From: Gammaproteobacteria bacterium
GTDB taxonomy: Bacteria; Pseudomonadota; Gammaproteobacteria; GCA-001735895
Reading direction: 5' to 3'
Length of the DNA stretch: 64,000 nt
Assembly: GCA_050298595.1 (NCBI GenBank)
Contig: JBNKUM010000094.1
Location: forward strand, 1-64,000
How positions within the stretch are numbered: the first letter of the stretch is position 1; each line of letters starts with the position of its first letter. A program made the translations under genes and the position numbers. Shown here in pieces: positions 27,575-36,841 of the stretch. Under the pieces are notes generated by a model. The model did not search any database, had not been told where the DNA came from, and worked only from the letters and a program-made list of their open reading frames with translations.

Positions 27575-28150
27575 TTAATTAAGAGTCCTCTTGTCATCCT
27601 TTTTATACTTTTTTAAGTTGTTATCTTTTTTATTTTCCATATTTTGGATCGAAGAGAGGTTGTTTTCTATTTTAAGCAGAAGATCCCGGCTTTTTTCAAA
27701 ATATAAATTATCAGATGGAGCTGTTTTTATGAGAATCTCCAGGTGCTTTTTTGCTTTATCTGATTTATTGTTATTTGATAATGCCAATGCTGAATAAAAC
27801 AAAGCAGGGGGGTGGTTTGGTTCTTTTAAGAGCAAGTCATCCCAAATCTTAATTGCTGCGTCCGCATCACCTTTGTCTAAATGAACCATGCCATATTGAA
27901 ATATTTCGGTCACCTCATCAGGATTTCTATCGATAAATTTTTTAAATGATTTCTCTGCGTATTCAAACAAACCTAATTCGGCATAAATCTTACCCCCGAG
28001 TTTAAAAGCTTCATCAGGGGGAGGGGTTCGTTTCGTGATCAATTTGTAGTAGATAAGAGCTTGTCCGAAATCATCTCTGCTCAGGTACCATCTTGTAATG
28101 GCTAGCAATTCATTATTATCAAGTAGTTCGAGGTTGTTCATTATGTCCAT
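27575..28150 (-). CDS. TPR protein (191 aa), apparent paralogue of 2489-3097
   Basis: GKIYAELGLFEYA vs GAQHADLGMYERA; IFQYGMVH vs HFQLGLLY. Confidence 0.85.
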   Translation of the reverse strand: MDIMNNLELLDNNELLAITRWYLSRDDFGQALIYYKLITKRTPPPDEAFKLGGKIYAELGLFEYAEKSFKKFIDRNPDEVTEIFQYGMVHLDKGDADAAIKIWDDLLLKEPNHPPALFYSALALSNNNKSDKAKKHLEILIKTAPSDNLYFEKSRDLLLKIENNLSSIQNMENKKDNNLKKYKKDDKRTLN

Positions 28151-28347
28151 AAATTTCCCTTAATAATTTCATGGTCAAATCTTAAAAATTTCAATTGTTG
28201 ATCTCTAAAGATTACTCATCCAAACAATGTTACTTTTTTGGTATAAAAACTTTATGTATGATATACCAATGCTTTAATTATTAATTATTACAAATAGGTT
28301 GACTTATAACAAATGGTTTTGAGTGTAAACTGTCATTTTTTACACAT

Positions 28348-28540
28348 AGGGAAACTCAGATTATTTCCATAAATCACTATATCATTAGTGAAGTAGCCAC
28401 CAGACCAAAAAAGTATGAAACAACAAGGTCTAGAAGTCAGCGGATTTGAGGTTTACCAAAAAAAGACCATATAGGAAATTTTTCTGGAAGAAATGGAACA
28501 AATTATTCGATGGAAAGAATTGTGTGAAGAAATCAAACCC
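28348..28540 (+). mobile_element. 5' remnant of an IS5-family element
   Basis: From 28415: MKQQGLEVSGFEVYQKKTI*EIFLEEMEQIIRWKELCEEIKP (IS5 transposase N-terminal pattern KKTR.E.FL.EM...PW). Truncated by the IS3 end. Confidence 0.65.
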
Positions 28541-28770
28541 TGTACAGGTCAAGTCCAACCGGACACTTTTTTAGAGAATTCTTATAGCTAATTGGTGACT
28601 TGTCACCATTCGCACTATACAGCCTCTCAAGGTTGTAATACCTCATGTAAGCCGCTACATCTTTTTCCATATGCTCTCGGATTGGTTGAGCAATTTTAAA
28701 TATCCAGACATGCTTGAGACTTCCAAAAAAAACGCTCAAATACAGCGTTGTCCCAACAGGTACATACATC
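28541..28770 (-). mobile_element. 3' remnant of an IS3-family element
   Basis: FFGSLKH.W...DVAAYMRYYNLERLYSANGDKSP (rve_3-like tail); terminal TGTACAGGTCAAGTCCAACCGGACAC at 28541. Confidence 0.7.
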
Positions 28771-31103
28771 GTAAGCGTCCAGCCAACCTCTCCTATAACA
28801 GATCAGTAGTCCAGGACTCTTTTTGAGGAATCGATATTATGAGTCAACGCATCCGTAGAAGCGAAGCTGAGTGGAAGGAATTGTTCGAACGCAACAGCAA
28901 AGTGGTCTGAGTGTTGCTGCTTTCTGCCAACAACAGTGCATTTCCAGCAAGACGTTTTATCGCAAACGACATCAGTTAACATCACAAGCACAGGCAGTTA
29001 CTTCTTTTATTCGCCTTCAAACCGAACCTCAGCATGTCCCAGCGACGCCCACAGACCTGATACTGCATCATCGATCCTGTCGTCTGGAGCTTGCTCATGT
29101 TGATCCCTTATGGGTCGCCCAAATGATGAATGCCCTGTCATGAAGATGTTCGTCGAACCCAGCGCAATCTACCTGCACCGTGAAGCGGTGGACTTTCGTA
29201 AATCCATCAATGGGCTGGTGTTGATTGTCAAACAGGAGATGTCCCTCTATCCCTTTCTGACGCCCTGTTTATGTTTTGCAATAAATCACGTGATAAGTTG
29301 AAAATACTGTACTGGGATCAGACGGGATTCTGTCTGTGGTATAAACGCCTGGAACAGGATTGCTTAAAATGGCCAAGGCGTTATGCGGGCCCGGTAATGT
29401 TGCTGGATGAAGCCCGGTTGCAGCGCTTGTTATCGGGCTATGACCTGATGGGGCATCAGCCCTTGTATTTTGCTCAGGCAGGGTAGCTTTATACTCTGAT
29501 TTACCGCTGCTATTCTGGTAAAATAGCAGCATGAAAATTGCTCTGGAACCTTTGCTGGATGATGTTAATCAGCTCAAAGAACTGTTGCTTTTAGAGCGTC
29601 AGTTAAGAACTGATCAATACCACGAGATCAAACGTCTCAAACAGAGTTACCAACAACTTCTGGAACAGTTCCGCCTGGCGCAACAATGCCAGTTTGGCAA
29701 AAGCAGTGAAGTCAGTGGTGATTATTAGGGCTGTTCAATGAAGCGGAAACGATTAGCGCTGAGCAAGCAGAAGCACCTCAACAGGAATTCCCAGCCTACA
29801 CACATAATAAACCCAAACGTAAACCCCTGCCCAAAGATCTGCCGCGTGAACAGGTAGTCCACGATCTGGATGAACCAGATAAAGTCTGTTACTGCTGCGG
29901 AGGTGCGCTACACCGCATGGGTGAAGAGACCAGCAAACAACTGAAGATCGTCCCGGCACAGATCAAGGTGATCGAACATATCCGCCCCAGGTATAGCTGT
30001 CGGTATTGTGAGCAACACGGTACTGAGATGAAGATCAAGATCGCTCCCGTGCCGCCCAGCCCGATACCCAAAAGCATCGCTACTCCATCACTATTAAGCC
30101 AGATTATCACCAGCAAATACTAGTATGCGTTACCATTGTACCGTCAGGAACAGATGTTCCGGCAATATGGCATCGACCTTAATCGTAAAACTATGGCCAA
30201 CTGGATGATCCGCTGTAGTGAACTGCTTGAACTGATTTACCAACGGCTCAAGGCGACGCTATTACAACAGGCAGTGATCAATGCAGATGAAACACCTTTG
30301 AATGTCTTTCAAGAAGAGCGGGATAAGTGCTACATGTGGGTTTATTGTAGTAGTACCGATTCGCCGAAACCGGACAAAGCTGACTGGCATCCCCCGAACC
30401 TGGTTCTATACGAGTACCAGAACAGCCGTCGAGGGCAGTGCCCAAAAGACTTCCTTGAGGGCTTTAGCGGTTACCTTCAGGTGGATGGCTATCAAGGCTA
30501 TGAACAAACCGACGCTACCCTGGTAGGCTGCTTCGCACATGCGCGACGCAAGTGCGTCGAAGTGGAAAAAGCCCAGCCCAAAGGCAAGTCAGGCAGGGCC
30601 AACTGGGCCATTTCCCACCTGAAGAATCTGTATAGGATCGAATCCGAGATCAAGGCATTGCCACTACCTGGCAGACATGCGATACGACAGCAACAGGCCA
30701 GACCAGTGATGCTTGAATTCAAGGGCTGGTTGGAAAAGTCCGCTTTGCAAGTGCCGCCCAAAAGTGCCATCGGCAAAGTCATTGCCTACAGCCTGAACAA
30801 GTGGTCAAAGCTTGAGCGCTATCTGGTAGATAGCAGGCTAAGTATCGACAACAACCGAGCCGAGAGGGCTGTCAAGCCGTTTGTGATCGGGCGCAAAGAC
30901 TGGTTGTTCTCCAACACAGCGAATGGAGCTAGAGTCATCCTGTACAGTCTGGTGAAAACCGCCAAAGCGAATGGTCTCATACCCTTTGATTACCTGAACA
31001 TCATGCTGGAACAAATCCCAAAGCAGCCACAGGATATCGATCAATTGTTACCATGGAACATAAAATCAGATCAATGAACAGGAGGGGTTGGCTGGACGTT
31101 TAC
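28771..31103 (+). mobile_element. Full-length but inactivated IS66-family element (tnpA 28839-29143, tnpB ~29140-29486, tnpC 29531-31077)
   Basis: 24-bp terminal IRs GTAAGCGTCCAGCCAACCTCTCCT / GTAAACGTCCAGCCAACCCCTCCT (22/24). tnpA SGLSVAAFC, tnpB DFRKSINGL and KILYWD..GF.LW.KRLE, tnpC ADET, LQVDGY, DNNRAERAVKPFVIGRK. All three genes carry frameshifts or stops. No target duplication seen. Confidence 0.92.
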
Positions 31104-31327
31104 GATTTTGGTATAAGATCCATAGCGAGCCAATTCTCTGGATATTTCGCTCCGAATGGTTATGCCAAATCCTGATGATGGCTCAGGGGGCCCTCACGAT
31201 AGTATTGTAGAGGTAGTAGAAAAATCAGGCTTTAAAATCATTTCCTAAAATGACTACTTAGGTATAGGAGGGCTTAGTCTGTTGCATTGCCAATAAAGTA
31301 TAAAAAATTCCTTTCGTTACGGTAGAA

Positions 31328-31620
31328 GGTCTTGTCAACATAATAAGGCGGTATCAGTCAAACTAAAGTCAGGAATCAAGTAAGCTGACAATATCACGGA
31401 TTTCGCTTTCCTTCAGAAATTATAGATCATGCAGTTTGGTTCTATCATCGATTTAATCTTAGCTTTCATGATGTAGAGGACCTTCTGGCGGAGCGAGTTA
31501 TGAAACTATTTGAAATTGGTGTAGAAATTCGGTCTTAAGTGCACGTGATCCATCAAGAACCAGTGTGGATTACTCGGTGATACCTGGACTATGAACGAGG
31601 CCTTTATTGGCATGGGTGAA
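31328..31620 (+). mobile_element. 5' remnant of an IS6-family element
   Basis: YHGFRFPSEIIDHAVWFYHRFNLSFHDVEDLLAER...YETI*NWC...LGDTW.M.E.FI; end GGTCTTGTCAAC at 31328. Confidence 0.75.
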
Positions 31621-31624
31621 AAAA

Positions 31625-31701
31625 TGGTGGCTACGCCCTGATTTGAACAGGGGACCCCATCATTATGAGTGATGTGCTCTAACCAGCTGAGCTACGTAGC
31701 C
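31625..31701 (-). tRNA. tRNA-Met (CAT, elongator type)
   Basis: GGCTACGTAGCTCAGCTGGTTAGAGCACATCACTCATAATGATGGGGTCCCCTGTTCAAATCAGGGCGTAGCCACCA; 77 nt, CCA encoded. Confidence 0.97.
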
Positions 31702-31723
31702 TTGTATTTTTTGAAGGGGCGGA

Positions 31724-31752
31724 ATTCTCGCTTTTCAGCCCCTTGATGTCAA
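31724..31752 (-). promoter_or_regulatory. Sigma70 promoter for tRNA-Met with a GC-rich discriminator
   Basis: Minus strand TTGACA-17 bp-GAGAAT-TCCGCCCC. Confidence 0.65.
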
Positions 31753-31824
31753 GCGAAGTGCGGTGTTTTTTCTGGCAGATTTTTTCTGCACGTGGCTTTC
31801 GTTGCATCAAGTGAGTAGCTGTTG

Positions 31825-32916
31825 CTACACATTAAACCGAAAATGAACAATATCGCCTTCTTTCATCACATAATCTTTACCTTCCAGACGCCATTTTCCT
31901 GCATCCTTACAGCCCTGTTCACCTTTGTATTGTATGAAGTCATCAAAGGCCATGACTTCGGCGCGTATGAAGCCTTTTTCGAAGTCTGTGTGTATCTTTC
32001 CGGCTGCTTTAGGGGCTGTGTCGCCGACGGAGATGGTCCATGCTCTAACTTCCTGTACACCGGCGGTGAAATAGGTTTGCAGATGTAGCAGGTGATAGCC
32101 AGCATGGATAACGCGGTCAAGGCCGGGTTCTTCCAGACCTAGCTCATCGAGAAACTCTTTGGCTTCGTCGGCATCCAGTTCAGCGATATCAGCTTCTATG
32201 GAGGCACACACGGGTACTACGTCGGCATTTTCTTTGGCGGCGTATTCGCGTAATGCGTCGAGGTGCGGATTATTTTCAAAACCGTCCTCGGATACATTGG
32301 CAATATACAGAGTGGGTTTTGCGGTAATCAGATGTAGCTCTTTCATCCAGGCTTTTTCGTTGTCTTCGATTTCCAGACTGCGTGCGGAATTGCCTTCGGA
32401 GATATGTGCCTGAACCTTTTGCAGAAAGGCGTATTTGGCTTTGGCTTCCTTATCATTGGATTTGGCAAGTTTTGCTGAGCGCTCTACCTGACGGTCGACT
32501 GATTCCATGTCGGCCAGTAGTAATTCGGTGTTAATGGTGTCAATGTCACTGATGGGGTCTATGGTGCCATTGACGTGTACGATGTCGGTGTTTTCGAAGC
32601 AGCGTACGACCTGTGCGATGGCGTCGGTTTCACGGATGTGCCCGAGAAACTTGTTGCCCAACCCTTCGCCTTTAGACGCTCCAGCAACCAGACCAGCGAT
32701 ATCGACAAATTCCATGGTGGTGGGGATGATTTTTTTTGGAAGAATGATGTCGGCAATCTGTTGCATGCGTTTATCGGGTACTTCTACTACGCCGACATTG
32801 GGGTCGATGGTGCAGAAGGGGTAGTTCTCTGCTGCGATGCCCGCTTTAGTGAGGGAATTGAACAGGGTGGATTTCCCGACATTGGGTAGACCGACGATGC
32901 CACATTTAAAGCCCAT
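31825..32916 (-). CDS. ychF: Redox-regulated ribosome-binding ATPase YchF
   Basis: [43 protein letters not shown]. Start adjusted to 32916. Confidence 0.97.
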   Translation of the reverse strand: MGFKCGIVGLPNVGKSTLFNSLTKAGIAAENYPFCTIDPNVGVVEVPDKRMQQIADIILPKKIIPTTMEFVDIAGLVAGASKGEGLGNKFLGHIRETDAIAQVVRCFENTDIVHVNGTIDPISDIDTINTELLLADMESVDRQVERSAKLAKSNDKEAKAKYAFLQKVQAHISEGNSARSLEIEDNEKAWMKELHLITAKPTLYIANVSEDGFENNPHLDALREYAAKENADVVPVCASIEADIAELDADEAKEFLDELGLEEPGLDRVIHAGYHLLHLQTYFTAGVQEVRAWTISVGDTAPKAAGKIHTDFEKGFIRAEVMAFDDFIQYKGEQGCKDAGKWRLEGKDYVMKEGDIVHFRFNV

Positions 32917-32920
32917 GATG

Positions 32921-33511
32921 CTATTCCTGTTTAGTGTGTAACTGCTGCATGGCTTTTTCGAATTCGCCACTCAGCAAGGTTGGTATGATATTTATGGAGC
33001 GTTGGTTTGCATCCAGTATGTTTTCGAGATCAATCTTTGACGGATTTTTAAGTACGTAGTTAACCACCTGATTTCGATCTCCAGGATGGCCTATACCGAT
33101 ACGTAAGCGGTAAAATTCCTTACCGATATGATTGATAATATCGCGTAATCCATTGTGCCCGCCATGTCCGCCAGATTTCTTTAATCGGTTATCACCAGGT
33201 TGCAGGTCGAGTTCATCGTGCATCACCAGAATTTGTTCAGGCTCAATCTTGAAATATCTGGAAACTGCGGCAACCGACTGGCCACTTTTGTTCATGAAGG
33301 TGGAGGGTTTGAGTAGATGGATATCTTTAGAGTGCATAAGAAATTTACCAACTTCACCGTGGAAGCGGGTTTCGTTACGCATTGAAATACACTGATCTCT
33401 TGCGATCTCGTCAATCAACCAGAACCCTGCATTATGCCGTGTAGAATGATAATTGGCCCCGGGGTTGCCGAGGCCAACAATCAGGCGTATATCAGCTTTC
33501 TGGGCTGCCAT
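32921..33511 (-). CDS. pth: Peptidyl-tRNA hydrolase
   Basis: [29 protein letters not shown]. Confidence 0.97.
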   Translation of the reverse strand: MAAQKADIRLIVGLGNPGANYHSTRHNAGFWLIDEIARDQCISMRNETRFHGEVGKFLMHSKDIHLLKPSTFMNKSGQSVAAVSRYFKIEPEQILVMHDELDLQPGDNRLKKSGGHGGHNGLRDIINHIGKEFYRLRIGIGHPGDRNQVVNYVLKNPSKIDLENILDANQRSINIIPTLLSGEFEKAMQQLHTKQE

Positions 33512-33529
33512 AGCTCACCCTTGATGATG

Positions 33530-34171
33530 CTACTCTTCAGTAGCGCTGCCAGCTTCTGCTGCTGCATCTTCAGCGGCGTCAGCTTTGGTTTCACGAGTTT
33601 TGTGAACCGCTGCCACACCGGTGTCGTGGTCTTCACCGTGTGTCAGTGCAACAATCTCAATACCTTTTGGTAATTTGATGTCTGACAGGTGCATGCTTTC
33701 ACCCAGTTTGAGTTCTGTTACATCCAGTTCCAGATACTCAGGCAGGTCTTTAGGTAGACACATGATTTCTACTTCAGATTGAAGATGGTTGAGGAGTCCG
33801 CCTTCGGTCTTCACGCCATAACATTTGTCTTCGTTGATAAAGTGGATAGGAACAGATACGTGAATAGATTTTTTCTGGTCGATGCGTAGAAAATCAGCGT
33901 GCATGATCAGGTTTTTGAAAGGATGACGTTGTAGATCACGCAGGATGACATCTTCCTTTTTCTTACCCAGTTTCAGTGAAAGAATCTGAGTGTAGATGGC
34001 TTCATTGTCCAGTTGGTTGATGAATTCGTTGTGATCTAAAGTGATAGAAACAGGCTCTGCGTCTCCACCATAAATAATTGCGGGTATTAGTCCATTCTTA
34101 CGTAGGCGGCGGCTCGCACCTTTCCCCAGGTCAGAACGGGTTTCAGCATTCAGTTCGATTAAATCGGACAT
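33530..34171 (-). CDS. rplY: 50S ribosomal protein L25/Ctc
   Basis: GKGASRRLR..G.IPAIIYGG, QRHPFK..IMHADF. Confidence 0.96.
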   Translation of the reverse strand: MSDLIELNAETRSDLGKGASRRLRKNGLIPAIIYGGDAEPVSITLDHNEFINQLDNEAIYTQILSLKLGKKKEDVILRDLQRHPFKNLIMHADFLRIDQKKSIHVSVPIHFINEDKCYGVKTEGGLLNHLQSEVEIMCLPKDLPEYLELDVTELKLGESMHLSDIKLPKGIEIVALTHGEDHDTGVAAVHKTRETKADAAEDAAAEAGSATEE

Positions 34172-34247
34172 AGATGTAACTCCAGTTAAAAATAAAAAAC
34201 CACCTTACGGTGGGGTGCAACCTCTCCTTGCGACCAGGAAAGGGTCT
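34172..34247 (-). promoter_or_regulatory. Structured rplY 5' leader (L25 leader-like)
   Basis: Hairpins CCTTTCCTGGTCGCAAGGAGAGG and CCACCGTAAGGTGG between prs and rplY on the minus strand. Confidence 0.5.
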
Positions 34248-35219
34248 TTAGTCCATATATAATGAACTAACAGATTCTTCAAAATGGATGCGGCGTATGG
34301 TTTCTGCCAGCATCCAGGCGATAGATACGGTGCGTATCTTATCGCAGGCCTGAGCCTCTTCCGACAGAGGTATGGTGTCGGTAACAACCAGTTTGTTGAT
34401 GACTGAGCTGTTTAAATTTTCCAGCGCCTTTCCAGAAAGAACCGGATGCGTACAATAGGCAAATACACCCAGGGCCCCATGTTCTTTTAGTGCATTAGCC
34501 GCCTGGCATAAGGTGCCGGCAGTGTCTACCATGTCATCGACTATGATGCAGGTTTTGCCTTTTACATCGCCGATGATATGCATCACCTTGGCCTGATTAG
34601 GCTTGGGGCGACGTTTATCGATGATAGCCAGTTCGGTATCACCCAGTTGCTTGGCAACGGCACGTGCTCTGACTACACCGCCTACATCGGGAGATACCAC
34701 GATCATCTCGGGGTATTTCTGTTTCCAGATATCACCCATCAGAATGGGGGATGCGTAGACATTATCTACCGGGCGATCAAAAAAGCCCTGAATCTGATCA
34801 GCATGTAGATCGACAGTTAAAACGCGATCTATACCCACGCTGGTAAGCATATCGGCCACCACCTTGGCAGTGATAGGCACCCGAGCTGAGCGGACTCGAC
34901 GATCCTGCCGGGCATAACCAAAGTAAGGGATTACTGCAGTAATACGATAAGCCGAAGCGCGTTTCATGGCGTCGATCATTACCAGCAATTCCATTAAATT
35001 ATCGTTAGTGGGTTTGCAGGTAGGTTGAATGATAAAAACGTCTTTACCACGCACGTTTTCATGAATCTCTACGGAGATTTCGCCATCGCTGAAGCAGGTT
35101 ACGTTAGCCTGTCCTAGAGGGATGTCCAGATGGCGAGTGATTGCTTGTGCTAGATCAGGGTTGGCATTACCCGTGAACACCATTATGTCATGTGCGACGT
35201 TACCGACCATCTGATTCAA
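34248..35219 (-). CDS. prs: Ribose-phosphate pyrophosphokinase
   Basis: [38 protein letters not shown]. Confidence 0.97.
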   Translation of the reverse strand: MNQMVGNVAHDIMVFTGNANPDLAQAITRHLDIPLGQANVTCFSDGEISVEIHENVRGKDVFIIQPTCKPTNDNLMELLVMIDAMKRASAYRITAVIPYFGYARQDRRVRSARVPITAKVVADMLTSVGIDRVLTVDLHADQIQGFFDRPVDNVYASPILMGDIWKQKYPEMIVVSPDVGGVVRARAVAKQLGDTELAIIDKRRPKPNQAKVMHIIGDVKGKTCIIVDDMVDTAGTLCQAANALKEHGALGVFAYCTHPVLSGKALENLNSSVINKLVVTDTIPLSEEAQACDKIRTVSIAWMLAETIRRIHFEESVSSLYMD

Positions 35220-35237
35220 CGCTGTGTAATGAGAAAA

Positions 35238-35312
35238 TGGCTGGGCCGGCAGGATTCGAACCTGCGCATGCTGGGATCAAAACCCAGTGCCTTACCGCTT
35301 GGCGACGGCCCA
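35238..35312 (-). tRNA. tRNA-Gln (TTG)
   Basis: TGGGCCGTCGCCAAGCGGTAAGGCACTGGGTTTTGATCCCAGCATGCGCAGGTTCGAATCCTGCCGGCCCAGCCA; conserved ispE-tRNAGln-prs position. Confidence 0.97.
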
Positions 35313-35330
35313 ATAAACTTTTACTACCTG

Positions 35331-36170
35331 CTAAAAGCAGATCTCAGTGACGGGATTTCTGTCTAGCCCCTGGGCGACATATCCGGTCCACTGCTCCGGG
35401 ATTTGCGATTTTACGCTATTTGCTTTTTCAGCACTATCAAATGCTGCAAATATACAGGCCCCTGTACCTGTCATTCTGGCTGGACTAAACTGATTCAACC
35501 AGTTCAATGCATGTTGTATCTCAGGATACAGTTTGCATGCGACAGGTTCGCATACGTTAGAACCCTGCCCTTCCAGAAAGGCGCGTATTTTGATGGGATG
35601 ACTATCTCGTGTCAAATGCTTAGATGAAAAAATTTGCCCTGTAGACACAAAAAATTGTGGATGAAGTACCAAATACCACTTTTTTGGTAAATTTATCACC
35701 TCAAGTTGCTCACCGACACCCTCAGCCCAGGCATTTTGCCCAAAAATAAAAACCGGTACATCAGCGCCTAATTCGAGACCGATTTTGCGTAAGGCTTCAT
35801 TTTTGAGGCCGAGTTGCCATAGCAGGTTGAGTGCCATCAGTGTACTGGCTGCATCAGAACTGCCACCGCCCAGACCTCCGCCCATGGGAATGGTTTTCTG
35901 CAAAGAGATATCGACCCCTTGTGTGACTGCATAGCGTTGCTGGAGTAAACGAGCTGCGCGGATGACCAGATCCTGCTCCGGGTCTACAGGGCTGTTACTA
36001 GAGCTGCGCTGGATGATGCTGTCTTCAGTTACCCGAAAAGTTATTTCATCATTCAGGTCGATGAATTGAAAAACAGTCTGTAGCAGGTGGTAGCCATCCT
36101 CGCGTTGCCCGGTGATATGTAGCATCAGGTTTAGCTTGGCTGGTGATTTTAATGTTAAGGTGGCTTGCAT
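35331..36170 (-). CDS. ispE: 4-diphosphocytidyl-2-C-methyl-D-erythritol kinase
   Basis: PAKLNLMLHITGQREDGYHLLQT, PMGGGLGGGSSDAA, MTGTGAC. Confidence 0.96.
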   Translation of the reverse strand: MQATLTLKSPAKLNLMLHITGQREDGYHLLQTVFQFIDLNDEITFRVTEDSIIQRSSSNSPVDPEQDLVIRAARLLQQRYAVTQGVDISLQKTIPMGGGLGGGSSDAASTLMALNLLWQLGLKNEALRKIGLELGADVPVFIFGQNAWAEGVGEQLEVINLPKKWYLVLHPQFFVSTGQIFSSKHLTRDSHPIKIRAFLEGQGSNVCEPVACKLYPEIQHALNWLNQFSPARMTGTGACIFAAFDSAEKANSVKSQIPEQWTGYVAQGLDRNPVTEICF

Positions 36171-36171
36171 G

Positions 36172-36825
36172 TCATTCTGGGAAATCAGAAAACAGGGGTG
36201 AGGTTTCGGTCGCCGATTCTGTTGTCCATTGATCGATAACTATCTTCAGTGCGAGATTTTCATGCTTCAGGTACAGTTTGTGAGGCAGTTCGAGTTGCAG
36301 GTCTGGTGCTAGCGTTGTGAGCTCGTAATCGAAGTAATTGATTTTCCATCCATCCTGGGTAAGAGTCGTCGCTCGGCCATCGGCGTCAATATCTGGCAGA
36401 TAAGGTGGGTTTTCATGGGGCACTCCTTTGATCCAGCTTTCCAGACCTTCTACGGGCAGTGTGAGCTGGGTGGTCTGGGCGAGCAATTGCTGGGCGTTAT
36501 GGCCGTAATAGGTTTCACCGTCTCTTGTGGTCATTTCAGCCTGTTCAGGCGTTTTTTCAAGACGTATCATGCCCTGTCCCAGTGCAGCCTCAAGATTCAA
36601 CAGGTGATGCTGGCTTTTTCGTGTCCAGCTCATGCCGAGGTTGTAGACCTTGTCATCAACAAATATTGCGACACGTCCACGAATAGCCCAGTTTACAAAC
36701 GGTTTAAGCTGTTGCTGTCGTTGCTCCCATAGTCGATAGCTTTCTTCGGTGACTGGCTTTTGGGGCAAGCTGGCGCAAGCAGAGATAACAGCCACCAGTA
36801 GTGACAGTAATATATTTCGCAACAT
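36172..36825 (-). CDS. lolB: Outer-membrane lipoprotein insertase LolB
   Basis: Lipobox ISAC, LPVEGLESWIKG, LTQDGWKINY; synteny with ispE. Confidence 0.9.
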   Translation of the reverse strand: MLRNILLSLLVAVISACASLPQKPVTEESYRLWEQRQQQLKPFVNWAIRGRVAIFVDDKVYNLGMSWTRKSQHHLLNLEAALGQGMIRLEKTPEQAEMTTRDGETYYGHNAQQLLAQTTQLTLPVEGLESWIKGVPHENPPYLPDIDADGRATTLTQDGWKINYFDYELTTLAPDLQLELPHKLYLKHENLALKIVIDQWTTESATETSPLFSDFPE

Positions 36826-36841
36826 GAGAAGTTTAGCCAGA

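Larger units (their letters stand above)
1..31624. mobile_element. AT-rich genomic island at the tRNA-Met 3' end (left boundary outside the window)
   Basis: Visibly lower GC than the core half, at least seven IS remnants, and an abrupt switch to housekeeping genes at the tRNA. No integrase or att duplication found in the window. Confidence 0.7.

Noticed and set aside
31104-31327. Short stop-interrupted reading frame between IS66 and IS6
   Set aside because: Too short and degraded to assign.
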